NCBI GenBank assembly: GCA_902806215.1
Contig: CADCVT010000137.1
Span: 1 to 36,593, forward strand
From: an uncultured Solirubrobacteraceae bacterium
Lineage (GTDB): Bacteria; Actinomycetota; Thermoleophilia; Solirubrobacterales; Solirubrobacteraceae
Direction of reading: 5' to 3'
DNA: 36,593 bases
Positions 1 through 8,373 of the stretch are shown here, one piece after another; the stretch's first letter is position 1; every line of letters begins with the position of its first letter. A model generated the notes under the pieces. It did not search any database. It was given only the letters and a program-made list of their open reading frames with translations, and had not been told where the DNA came from. The translations under genes were made by a program, and so were the position numbers.

Positions 1-1481
1 GGCAGGCTCTTCGCCGGGCCGAACGTGCCGGGCTGGATCGCGTCCTCGTCGCGCCCCCAGTTGCACGACGAGCGGGCGCCGTCGAGCACGGGCAGCCGCA
101 GCGCCTGGAACGTCGCGCGCCCGAGCGCGGTGTTGCAGACCTGGGCCTTGTCGTCGGTCACGTGCGGGACGACCGAGATGTCGGCGTAGTACGCCTCGCC
201 CTTCGAGTCGGCCGCGATCGTGTTGACCCACGGGATGCCCTGGTTGCGCCGGATGACCGCGTCGTACTCGCGGACGTCCTGCGCCTGGTTCGTCTCGAAG
301 AAGTGGTTGAGGTAGCGGAAGTTCTGCGCGTTGGCGTCGCCCATCGCGAACGCCTTGCCCTGGCCCCACGGCAGCGGGACGCCGACGAGGTCGTCGACCA
401 TCGGCCCGTACTCGGTCGAGTACAGCGTGCGCTCCTGGTCGATGAGCTTGCCGTCCTCGCCCTTCACCTGGACCTTCACGGTGTCGCGCTGCATCTCCTT
501 CGGCTGGCCGTCGACGAGGTAGGTCGTGGGCGAGCCGGGGACGAGCGTCAGCTCGAACGGCGTGAAGCGGAACGCGGTCGAGACGGTGTGACTCCACGCC
601 AGCCCGCGCGTGTGGCCGATGAGGATGAGCGGGACGCCGTAGAGCGACCCGCCGCTGACGTCCAGCTTGCCGGGGATGGTCAGATGCGCCTGGTAGAAGC
701 GCTCGGACCCGTCCCACGGGAAATGCGGGTTGCCGAGCAACATGCCCTTGCCGTTGTCGGTCTGCTCGCGGCCGATGCCGTAGGCGTTCGAGCCGATCCC
801 GCCGAGCGGGAACCGCTCGCCGAAGGTGTCGATCGCGGCCTGCGCGTCGACCGTGCGGCTGCCGCCCTGGACGTCGCCGGGGGGCGGCGGCTGCGCGCCG
901 CCGATCCCGTCGATCGCGACCGCCTGCGAGGCGAGCAGGGCGAGCTGGTAGAAGCGGCGGTAGGCGTCGATCTCCTCGATCGGCCGGACCCACTCCTTGC
1001 CCCGGCACGCGGGGTCGGGGAGGTTGTCGACGCCGGTCTCGCGCAGGTAGCGGTTGTAGCCCGCCACATAGCCGCGGACACCCTGCTTGACCTCCTCGCG
1101 CGGCCCGAGCGGCGGCGCCTGCGCCATGAGCTTCTCGATGACCCGGGTCTGGTTGATGCGCTTGTAGAAGAAGTCCGACTCGAGGTTCGTAGCCGGGAAC
1201 CCGTTGCCGCGCAGCACGTACTTCTCCTTCGGCCCGAAGAACTTCGAGCGCTCGGCCCGCACCGTGACGTACTGGTCGGCGATGACGCAGATGTTGTCCT
1301 GGGCGAACGCGTAGCCGTAGCCGTAGCCGATCCCCGCGATCGAGCTCGCGGTGATGTGCGGGATCCCGTGCGCGGTGCGCCGGATCGTGGCGTCGAAGTC
1401 GTCCTGTGCGAGGGCGGCCGCGGGCGCGGCGATGACGAGGAGGGAGAGCGCGAGCAGCAGCACGCGTGCCGGACGGGACAT
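1..1481 (-). CDS. Penicillin-amidase-family Ntn hydrolase, acyl-homoserine-lactone acylase-like, secreted; C-terminal part lies left of the window
   Basis: Not in the ORF track because it has no in-window stop. Hand translation of the minus strand from the ATG (complement of 1479-1481) gives MSRPARVLLLALSLLVIAAPAAALAQDDFDATIRRTAHGIPHITASSIAGIGYGYGYAFAQDN... This is a signal peptide followed by the IRR..HGIPHI opening typical of acylase alpha subunits. An internal GGIGSNAYGIG (Ser codon at 789-791) matches the self-processing Ser-Asn nucleophile site. The frame stays open down to base 3 and its third positions are nearly all G/C. Track ORF 162..1496(+) is its antisense shadow. Confidence 0.8.
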   Translation of the reverse strand, partial: MSRPARVLLLALSLLVIAAPAAALAQDDFDATIRRTAHGIPHITASSIAGIGYGYGYAFAQDNICVIADQYVTVRAERSKFFGPKEKYVLRGNGFPATNLESDFFYKRINQTRVIEKLMAQAPPLGPREEVKQGVRGYVAGYNRYLRETGVDNLPDPACRGKEWVRPIEEIDAYRRFYQLALLASQAVAIDGIGGAQPPPPGDVQGGSRTVDAQAAIDTFGERFPLGGIGSNAYGIGREQTDNGKGMLLGNPHFPWDGSERFYQAHLTIPGKLDVSGGSLYGVPLILIGHTRGLAWSHTVSTAFRFTPFELTLVPGSPTTYLVDGQPKEMQRDTVKVQVKGEDGKLIDQERTLYSTEYGPMVDDLVGVPLPWGQGKAFAMGDANAQNFRYLNHFFETNQAQDVREYDAVIRRNQGIPWVNTIAADSKGEAYYADISVVPHVTDDKAQVCNTALGRATFQALRLPVLDGARSSCNWGRDEDAIQPGTFGPAKSL

Positions 1482-1517
1482 GCCCCGGCACGCTAGAGAG
1501 GAGGTGGCCGCGGCGCG

Positions 1518-4301
1518 CTACTTCGCGGTGCGGGCGCCGCGGACGCGGCGGGTGACCCACCCGGCGGCGCGGCCGTCGGGCAGGCGCAGCCGTGCGCGGA
1601 CGCCGCGGGTCCCGCGCGTCAGGCGGACCCGGGTCGCGGTCGTCGCGACCTTCAGCGGACGCCAGCGGTTCGAGCGGCCACGCCTGACCTGCACGTCGAA
1701 CCTCGACCCGGCGGGACCCAGCCGAACGACCGAGCGCTTGACCGTGAGGAGCAGCCGCGGACGCTTGGTCGCCGCGGCACGCGCCGGCGGATCCGGGATC
1801 CTCGGGAACGGCCCGATCGTCGGCAACGGCTTGCCGAAGTCCGACTGGAACGCCGGGGCGAGCGAGGGTCCGTCGTCGGGCTCGTCGTCATCAGGCCGGA
1901 ACTGGGCGGGTGAGGGTGAGCCCGGGTCGCTCGGCGCCCCTCCGTCACCACCGCCGTTGCTCGGGGCGTCGCCCGGCTTCGCGGCGCCCGGCTTCTCGAC
2001 GTAGATCGGCGACGTCATCGCGAGGTAGGTGAGGTCGGCCGTGCAGAGGTCCAGCGGCGACGGCGTGCCGGGCGTGCAGTTGGGGTCGGCGTCGGCGCTT
2101 CGCTGATCGCCGAGCAGCGAGGCGCGGACCCAGCCCGGCTCGCTCGGCGCCTTGAAGGACACGGTCCCGCCGGGGGCGAGCTCCTTCTCGAGCAGGGTCT
2201 TGCCGTTGGCCCGGATGCGCGCGGTCGCCGGGGCGTTCAGACCGTCGCCGCGTACGCGCATCGCGGCGCCGGGTGCGACGGTGTCGCCCATCGTCGACTC
2301 GAACGCGCCGTCGCCGTCGGCGTCGGACTCGAGCAGCAGCCGGGCCGCGCCCTGCGACGGGGCGAGGCGGGTGATCGTCGTGCGCCCGTTGCGCAGCGCG
2401 CGCAGGATCGCGGCCTCGCTGCGGTCCTCGGCGAGCACCCACAGCGAGGGCATCCCGAGGTTGGCCTGGTTGCCGCCGTGCGAGTCCGAGCCGGACGTCA
2501 CCGGGACGCGCCAGCCCTGCTGGAGCCAGCACTCCCAGAACACCTCGGCGGGCCGCAGGAGCGTCGTCGCGTTCCACACCTCGAGCGTGTCCGGCCGCGC
2601 GGTGAACCCGTACTTCCAGTCGGTGTTGCCCTCGCCGCCCCTGGCGATCTGCTCGCAGCCCGTGATCTCGGCGTCGCCCTTCTCGGTCGGGTGGTTGATC
2701 TGGAAGAGCGAGCCGTCGCCGTTGACCGACGCCGCGAGCGTCGCCGCGTCGGGGACCTTCTTCTTGACTTCCTTGGCGCCGATCACGTGGGCGTGGCCGC
2801 CGGGGAGCGAGTGCTCGTAGGCGTGCACGCCGATCACGCCGGCCGACCCGAACGCCGGATCGCTCCACGCGCGCACGTCGTTGTGGTCGGAGATCGTGAG
2901 GAAGTCGAGGCCCTTCGCCGCGCCCTCGGCGAAGCGCTGCGGCACCGAGGCGAACGACGAGTACAGGGTCTCGGGACCGGTGTTGTCGTCGTTGGGCGGG
3001 CAGTACGAGTCGTGCGAGTAGCACGTGTGAACGTGGCCGTCGCCGGCGAGCCACTGGCCCTTCGGCGCCTCGCGCGTGGCCTCGATCCAGATCGGGCTCG
3101 AGTACGCGACGGGCTTGCCGGCCCGGCGGGCGCGGACGAAGAAGTAGCGCTCGTCGCGCCGTGCGGTACGTGTCTCGGCAAGCGTCCCGGTCCCGGTCGC
3201 GACGACCTTGCCCGCACTCGTGACGAGCTCGAGCGCGAGGCTCGGGTCGGTGGTCGTCGCGGCGATCTTCAGCTTGTCGCCGGTCGCGCGCACGAGCCGG
3301 CTGCCCATGTCCGCGCCGTCGACGCCGAACGTCATCCGCAGGCGGCTGCCCTCGCCGGCGGCGAGCGCGTAGAAGCGCCGGTCGAGCAGCGCCGCGCGGA
3401 TGCCCTCGGGCGTGCGGTCGTGGGCGAGCACCACCGTCTTCGGCCACTCGGGGCCCCCCCAGTTGTCGAGCGGCGGCTTGCGGTGACCGAGGTCCTCGGC
3501 GCCGATCGCCCCGACGTGCCAGCCCTTGTCGAGCGCCTCGACGAACGGTCCGGCCTTGTAGTTGCGCGTGTCCGAGCCGTACTCGCGCACGTCGTTGAAG
3601 AGCTCCATGCCGACCATCCGCTCGTCGGCGGCGGGCACGTAGGCGAAGCCCTTCCAGTCCAGATCCGGGCCGCCGGGCGGCTGGAAGTCGAGCTTTTTGG
3701 CCGACGGGTGGTTGAACGTCCCGAGGCCGTCGGCTCCGCCGCCCTGCGCGGGCGACGTCGTGAACCAGCGCCAGAACGCTCCCATGTCGGCGTAGCCGCC
3801 GGCGTCGACCTCGTTGACCCAGTTCTTCGAGAAGAGGACGTTGAGGTGGCCGAAGCGGTCCGAGCTCCACTCGAACCCGCGGATGCCGGCGAACGATCCG
3901 TCGGTGTGCTTCGTCGCCGCCTCGGCCGTGGCCTCCCACTTGCGCAGGCCGTTCGGGCCGTCGGCGACCGCGCACTCGGCGAGCAGGATCTCGCCGTCGC
4001 CGCCGCGTCCCTCGCCGTAGCACCCCTCGTTGAAGGTGCTCGGCAGGCCCATGTTCGTCGAGTGGTCCGAGCCGGCCATGAAGTCGAGCCCGTACTTCCT
4101 GCCGCTCGCGTAGAAGTCGTCCGGGGTCGTCCCGGGCCAGCCGTCGGAGTACGCGCTGTGCTCGTGCATCGCGCCCACGAGCTCGAGGTACGGGGACCTC
4201 TCGGCCGCCGGCGCCGGACCCGGCGAGGCGAGGCAGACGAGGGCAAGGAGCAGGGGGACCGCGAGGCGAGTCATCGACATCTGGAACGATGGTCTAGCCA
4301 T
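1518..4301 (-). CDS. Secreted tandem PHP-domain metallo-phosphoesterase (CehA/McbA-like) with an Arg-rich C-terminal tail
   Basis: This is the real part of the 1268-aa track ORF 1518..5324. The signal peptide is MARPSFQMSMTRLAVPLLLALVCLASPGPAPAA (alternative ATGs at 4280 and 4274). Two PHP-type metal-binding modules follow (HEHSAYSDG...GSDHS, then GDGHVHTCYSHDS...ISDHND...INHP...SGSDSHG), each followed by a beta-rich segment. After a Gly/Pro/Asp linker comes an ~80-aa tail in which about one residue in four is Arg (1521-1766). Confidence 0.8.
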   Translation of the reverse strand: MARPSFQMSMTRLAVPLLLALVCLASPGPAPAAERSPYLELVGAMHEHSAYSDGWPGTTPDDFYASGRKYGLDFMAGSDHSTNMGLPSTFNEGCYGEGRGGDGEILLAECAVADGPNGLRKWEATAEAATKHTDGSFAGIRGFEWSSDRFGHLNVLFSKNWVNEVDAGGYADMGAFWRWFTTSPAQGGGADGLGTFNHPSAKKLDFQPPGGPDLDWKGFAYVPAADERMVGMELFNDVREYGSDTRNYKAGPFVEALDKGWHVGAIGAEDLGHRKPPLDNWGGPEWPKTVVLAHDRTPEGIRAALLDRRFYALAAGEGSRLRMTFGVDGADMGSRLVRATGDKLKIAATTTDPSLALELVTSAGKVVATGTGTLAETRTARRDERYFFVRARRAGKPVAYSSPIWIEATREAPKGQWLAGDGHVHTCYSHDSYCPPNDDNTGPETLYSSFASVPQRFAEGAAKGLDFLTISDHNDVRAWSDPAFGSAGVIGVHAYEHSLPGGHAHVIGAKEVKKKVPDAATLAASVNGDGSLFQINHPTEKGDAEITGCEQIARGGEGNTDWKYGFTARPDTLEVWNATTLLRPAEVFWECWLQQGWRVPVTSGSDSHGGNQANLGMPSLWVLAEDRSEAAILRALRNGRTTITRLAPSQGAARLLLESDADGDGAFESTMGDTVAPGAAMRVRGDGLNAPATARIRANGKTLLEKELAPGGTVSFKAPSEPGWVRASLLGDQRSADADPNCTPGTPSPLDLCTADLTYLAMTSPIYVEKPGAAKPGDAPSNGGGDGGAPSDPGSPSPAQFRPDDDEPDDGPSLAPAFQSDFGKPLPTIGPFPRIPDPPARAAATKRPRLLLTVKRSVVRLGPAGSRFDVQVRRGRSNRWRPLKVATTATRVRLTRGTRGVRARLRLPDGRAAGWVTRRVRGARTAK

Positions 4302-4581
4302 GAACATGCGCTCCGCACTCCTCGTTCTCAGCATCGCCACATTCGCCGCTGCCTGCGGCGAGGAGATCGAGGACCGCGCCGTTGAGCGCGACACGCCCGC
4401 GATCACCTCGCCGGGCACCACGATCCCATACGAGAACGGCGGTGGCGACGGCTCCGGCGCCGACGGCTCGGAGAAGGCCAACGAGCGCGGCGGGGTCGGG
4501 GCGGGCCCCGACACGCCCGCGCCGGTGGACGAGCCGCTGGGGGAGTCCGCCAACCCGGCCCAGGGGGAGGGCGACGAGTGA
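4300..4581 (+). CDS. Small putative lipoprotein / secreted Gly-Asp-rich protein
   Basis: Track ORF (93 aa). MNMRSALLVLSIATFAAAC looks like a lipoprotein signal, although the lipobox is non-canonical. The rest is Gly/Asp/Pro-rich and probably disordered. Third positions are G/C-rich. Its stop overlaps the next gene's GTG (GTGA at 4578-4581). I recognise no family. Confidence 0.5.
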   Translation: MNMRSALLVLSIATFAAACGEEIEDRAVERDTPAITSPGTTIPYENGGGDGSGADGSEKANERGGVGAGPDTPAPVDEPLGESANPAQGEGDE

Positions 4582-4985
4582 GCGAGCACGGCAAGGTCGA
4601 GGGCGACGGGTACGCGCTGGCGAACCTCGACGACCTCGGCGAGGGCTACGGCTTCCGCAAGATCCGCAAGGAGCTCGACGTCAAGGCGTTCGGCATCAAC
4701 GCGATCGTGATGCCGCCGGGGCACGCAGCGGGCTTTCACAGCCACGAGGAGCAGGAGGAGACCTACTTCGTGCACCAGGGCACCGCCGAGTTCTCGTTCG
4801 GCGACGGCACGAAGCACGTGGTCGGCTCCGGCGGCGTCGTGCGCGTCGACGCTCCCACGGTGCTGTCGGTCAAGAACGTCGGCGAGGACGACCTCGTCTA
4901 CGTCTGCGCCGGCGGCAAGGACGGCTACGTCGGCCGCGACGGCGTCATGGCCGAGGGCGCGAGCCGCTCCGAGCCGCCCGCTTGA
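4578..4985 (+). CDS. Cupin-domain protein
   Basis: Track ORF (135 aa). It has the cupin metal motif PPGHAAGFHSHEEQEETYFV (G.H.H...E) and a second beta-barrel motif (GGVVRVDAPTVLSVKN). GGAGG at 4566-4570 sits 7 nt upstream of GTG 4578. Confidence 0.8.
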   Translation: MSEHGKVEGDGYALANLDDLGEGYGFRKIRKELDVKAFGINAIVMPPGHAAGFHSHEEQEETYFVHQGTAEFSFGDGTKHVVGSGGVVRVDAPTVLSVKNVGEDDLVYVCAGGKDGYVGRDGVMAEGASRSEPPA

Positions 4986-4989
4986 GGAG

Positions 4990-6297
4990 CTAGATCGGCC
5001 ACACGCCCTGCCCGGCGGGCAGGACGTTGCGCGTGTCGACGATGAGCCGTGCCTCGTGCCAGTGGGGATCCTCGAGGAACTCCCGGTGCGGCGTGAGCAT
5101 GACGATGCAGTCCGCGTTGCGGACCTCGTCGGGCGTCCACGCGACGCTGAGGTGGCGCTCCGTCCCGATGTCGAGCACGGGCACCCAGGGATCGCAGTAG
5201 CGCACGTCGGCGTGCCGGAGCTGGAGCTGGCGGAAGATCTCGAGGCTCGGCGACTCGCGCGTGTCGTGCACGTCGGCCTTGTAGGCCATCCCGAGGAGCA
5301 GGATCCGTGAGCGCTTGATCGCACGGCCGTGATCGTTGAGCGCGTCGGCGACCTTCTGGATGACGTGCCCCGGCATCGACGAGTTGACCTCGTGCGCGGC
5401 GTCGATGAGACGCGACGTGTACCCGTACTCGCGCAGACGCCACGAGAGGAAGTGCGGGACGACGGGGATGCAGTCGCCCCCCAGGCCCGGGCCCGGGTAG
5501 TGAGGCATGAACGCGAACGGCTTGCTCGCCGCCGCGTCGATGACCTCCCATGCGCTGATGCCGAGCTTGTCGCACATGAGCGCGAGCTCGTTGGCCAGAG
5601 CGCTGTTCACGGCGCGGAACGTGTTCTCGTGGAGCTTCGCGGTCTCGGCGACGGTCGTGCTGCTCAGCGGGACGATGTCGTTGACCACGGTCCCGTAGAC
5701 CGCCTCGGTCCGCGCCCGGCACTCGGGCGTGACCCCCGCGACGAGCTTCGGCGTGTTGTGCAGGTTCCAGGTCCGGTTCCCGGGGTCGACGCGCTCCGGC
5801 GCGTACCCGAGGAAGAAGTCGCGGCCGGCACGGCCGCCCGCGCGCTCGAGGATCGGCAGCACGACGTCCTCGGTCGTGCCCGGGTACGTCGTCGACTGGA
5901 GGATGATCAGCTGCCCGGGCTGCAGGTGCGCGGCGACCGACTCCGCTGCTGAGATGATGAAGCTGAGGTCCGGCGTGCGCGTCTTCGACAGCGGAGTGGG
6001 GACGCAGATCGTCAGCGCGTCGAGATCGGCGATCGCCGAGTAGTCGGTCGTGGCGGTGAGCGACCCCTCGATGCCCGAGTAGCGCTCCTCGGGGACGTCG
6101 ACGAGGTACGAGCGGCGGTCGTTGACCGCCTGGACGCGCCCATCGCTGAGGTCGATCCCGACGACCGGGAACCCGGCCTCGGCGAACGCCAGCGCGAGCG
6201 GCAGGCCGGCGTAGCCGAGGCCCACGATGCCGATGCGAGCCTCGCGGGTCTCGATGCGTTGCTGGAAGCTCGTCGCTGTCCGGGCGGAGGTCGTCAC
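4990..6297 (-). CDS. Nucleotide-sugar 6-dehydrogenase, UDP-N-acetylhexosamine-specific type (TviB/WbpO/WbpA-like)
   Basis: Track ORF (435 aa, GTG start). It has the N-terminal Rossmann motif RIGIVGLGYAGLPLA, the central AKLHENTFRAVNSALANELA helix, the catalytic-Cys motif GPGLGGDCIP and the C-terminal LLLGMAYKADVHDTRESP. These are the canonical UDP-sugar dehydrogenase layout. The GGDCIP variant and overall style resemble the UDP-GlcNAc/ManNAc dehydrogenase group rather than Ugd. Confidence 0.85.
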   Translation of the reverse strand: MTTSARTATSFQQRIETREARIGIVGLGYAGLPLALAFAEAGFPVVGIDLSDGRVQAVNDRRSYLVDVPEERYSGIEGSLTATTDYSAIADLDALTICVPTPLSKTRTPDLSFIISAAESVAAHLQPGQLIILQSTTYPGTTEDVVLPILERAGGRAGRDFFLGYAPERVDPGNRTWNLHNTPKLVAGVTPECRARTEAVYGTVVNDIVPLSSTTVAETAKLHENTFRAVNSALANELALMCDKLGISAWEVIDAAASKPFAFMPHYPGPGLGGDCIPVVPHFLSWRLREYGYTSRLIDAAHEVNSSMPGHVIQKVADALNDHGRAIKRSRILLLGMAYKADVHDTRESPSLEIFRQLQLRHADVRYCDPWVPVLDIGTERHLSVAWTPDEVRNADCIVMLTPHREFLEDPHWHEARLIVDTRNVLPAGQGVWPI

Positions 6298-6391
6298 GCA
6301 CCGGACGGTAGAGCGTCGGGCCCTCCCGTGCGACGGCCGCGGCGAACTGGGCGGCAGAGCACCCGGTCACGCGTGTGCGAGAGTTGTCGCC

Positions 6392-7339
6392 GTGCGAGCG
6401 CTCGTGACCGGCTGCGCGGGCTTCATCGGCTCGCATCTCACCGAGGGCCTGCTCGGCGGCGGCGCGGAGGTGGTCGGGGTCGACTGCTTCAACGACAACT
6501 ACGGTCGCGCGCAGAAGCTGCAGAACCTCTCGCTCGCGCGCGAGTGGGACGGCTTCGACTTCGTGCCGCTCGACCTCGCGCTCGGCGATCTCGCCGACCT
6601 CGTCGAGGACGCCGACGTCGTCTTCCACCTCGCGGCGGAGCCAGGCGTGCGCCCGAGCTGGGGCGCGGCGTTCGAGCGCTACACGCGCAACAACGTGCTC
6701 GCGACGCAGCACCTGCTCGAGGCGGTGAGGGCGACGCCTGAAAAGCGCTTCGTCTACGCCTCCTCGTCGTCGATCTACGGGCAGGCGGAGACCCTCCCGA
6801 CCCACGAAGACATGACCCCGATGCCGTACTCCCCGTACGGGGTGACGAAGCTGGCGGGCGAGCACCTCTGCCAGCTCTACCACCGGAACTTCGAGCTCAG
6901 CACGGTCGTCCTGCGCTACTTCACCGTCTTCGGTCCGCGGCAGCGTCCTGACATGGCCTTCTCGCGCTTCTGCCGAGCGGCCCGCGACCGGACGCGGGTC
7001 GACGTCTTCGGCGACGGTCAGCAGACACGCGACTTCACCTACGTCGGAGACGCGGTCGCCGCGACGATCGCGGCCGGAACCCGTGCGGCCATCGACGGGC
7101 AGGTGTTCAACATCGGCGGTGGCGTCCACGCCTCGGTCAACGAGACGCTGACCCTGCTGACCGAGATCGCGGGGTGCGAGATCGACGTCCGCCGCGAACC
7201 GCGGCAACACGGTGACGTGCGTGACACGTCGGCGGACACGACACGCGCGCGGCGGTTGCTGGGCTTCGAGCCGGCCACGGGCCTGCGCGACGGGTTGTCC
7301 GAGCAGTGGTCGTGGATGACGGCCGTCGCGCTGCGATGA
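6392..7339 (+). CDS. Extended-SDR NAD-dependent sugar-nucleotide epimerase (UDP-glucuronate 4-epimerase-like subgroup)
   Basis: I chose GTG 6392 because it gives (M)RALVTGCAGFIGSHL; the upstream part of track ORF 6227..7339 runs into the divergent gene. Motifs are YASSSSIYG, the catalytic Y...K in SPYGVTKLAGEH, and FGPRQRPDMAFSRF, which resembles the uronate 4-epimerase subgroup. The start codon choice is uncertain. Confidence 0.8.
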   Translation: MRALVTGCAGFIGSHLTEGLLGGGAEVVGVDCFNDNYGRAQKLQNLSLAREWDGFDFVPLDLALGDLADLVEDADVVFHLAAEPGVRPSWGAAFERYTRNNVLATQHLLEAVRATPEKRFVYASSSSIYGQAETLPTHEDMTPMPYSPYGVTKLAGEHLCQLYHRNFELSTVVLRYFTVFGPRQRPDMAFSRFCRAARDRTRVDVFGDGQQTRDFTYVGDAVAATIAAGTRAAIDGQVFNIGGGVHASVNETLTLLTEIAGCEIDVRREPRQHGDVRDTSADTTRARRLLGFEPATGLRDGLSEQWSWMTAVALR

Positions 7340-8349
7340 GCTCGCGTATGCCACGTGTCCTGGTCACCGGCGCTGCCGGCTTCATCGGCTCCCACGTCGT
7401 CGACGCGTGCCTCGCGGAGGGCATGGACGTCGTCGCGACCGACGATCTCTCGGGCGGGTTCCGCGAGAACGTCGACCCCGCAGCCACCTGGGTCGAGGGG
7501 GATCTGCGCGAGGCCCGGTTCGTCGAGTCGCTGTGGAGGAACCACGGGCCTTTCGAGCACGTCTACCACCTGGGCGCCTACGCAGCGGAGGGCCTCTCGC
7601 ACTTCATCCGGGCCTACAACTACCGGACCAACCTCGAGGCGAGCGCCCTCCTGGTCAACCAGTCGGTGCTCCACGACGTCAAGCGGTTCGTGTTCACGTC
7701 GTCGATCGCGGTCTACGGCGCGGGCCAGGTGCCCATGACGGAGGGCCAGGCGCCGCGCCCCGAGGACCCGTACGGGATCTCGAAGTACGCCGTTGAGCTC
7801 GATCTTGCCGCCGCGCACGAGATGTTCGGGCTCGAGTACACGATCTTCCGGCCCCACAACGTCTACGGGGAACGGCAGAACATCGCCGACCGTTACCGCA
7901 ACGTCATCGGGATCTTCATGAACGCGGTCCTCCGCGGCGAGCCGATGCCGGTGTTCGGCGACGGTCGCCAGACCCGCGCCTTCTCGTATGTCGCCGACGT
8001 GGCGCCGGTCGTCGCGCGGAGCCCGCTGGTAGAAGCATCGCGCAACGGTACATTCAACATCGGCGCCGACGTCCCGTACTCGATCATCGAGCTCGCGACG
8101 ACGATCGCCGCGGCGTTCGACGCCCCCGTCGACGTCGCCCACCTGCCGGAGCGCAAAGAGGTCGTCCACGCCTTCTCCGACCACACGAAGGTGCGGCGCG
8201 TCTTCGAGACCCCGGAACCGCTCTCGCTCGACGACGGGATCCGGCGCATGGCCGACTGGGTCCGCGCGCACGGCCCGCGCGATCCGGTGGAGTTCGGCGA
8301 GAGCATCGAGATCGACCGGAACCTGCCGCCCATCTGGCGCGGCGCCTAA
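7336..8349 (+). CDS. Extended-SDR NAD-dependent epimerase/dehydratase (second subtype)
   Basis: ATG 7336 overlaps the preceding TGA (ATGA) and gives MSSRMPRVLVTGAAGFIGSHVV. Motifs are TSSIAVYG, the catalytic Y...K in DPYGISKYAVE, and RPHNVYGERQN..DRYRNVIGIF. The further-upstream ATG at 7306 in the track is less likely. Confidence 0.85.
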   Translation: MSSRMPRVLVTGAAGFIGSHVVDACLAEGMDVVATDDLSGGFRENVDPAATWVEGDLREARFVESLWRNHGPFEHVYHLGAYAAEGLSHFIRAYNYRTNLEASALLVNQSVLHDVKRFVFTSSIAVYGAGQVPMTEGQAPRPEDPYGISKYAVELDLAAAHEMFGLEYTIFRPHNVYGERQNIADRYRNVIGIFMNAVLRGEPMPVFGDGRQTRAFSYVADVAPVVARSPLVEASRNGTFNIGADVPYSIIELATTIAAAFDAPVDVAHLPERKEVVHAFSDHTKVRRVFETPEPLSLDDGIRRMADWVRAHGPRDPVEFGESIEIDRNLPPIWRGA

Positions 8350-8373
8350 GCTGCCGCATCGGATGCACAGAAC

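Noticed and set aside
162-1496. 444-aa plus-strand ORF at the left edge
   Set aside because: It is antisense to the acylase frame. That frame has a signal peptide, the GSN nucleophile motif and G/C-rich third positions, whereas the plus-strand product is featureless and Arg/Asp/Val-rich.
1660-1690. tRNA-like GGTTCGAG T-loop-like strings (also near 16347)
   Set aside because: Both lie inside well-supported coding frames. No flanking acceptor or anticodon stems could be drawn.
4302-5324. N-terminal 341 codons of the 1268-aa ORF 1518..5324
   Set aside because: This stretch overlaps the lipoprotein, the cupin and the end of the dehydrogenase gene, and reads as Ser/Arg/Thr-rich low complexity. 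A clean signal peptide starts at the 4301/4280/4274 ATGs, so the real gene starts there.
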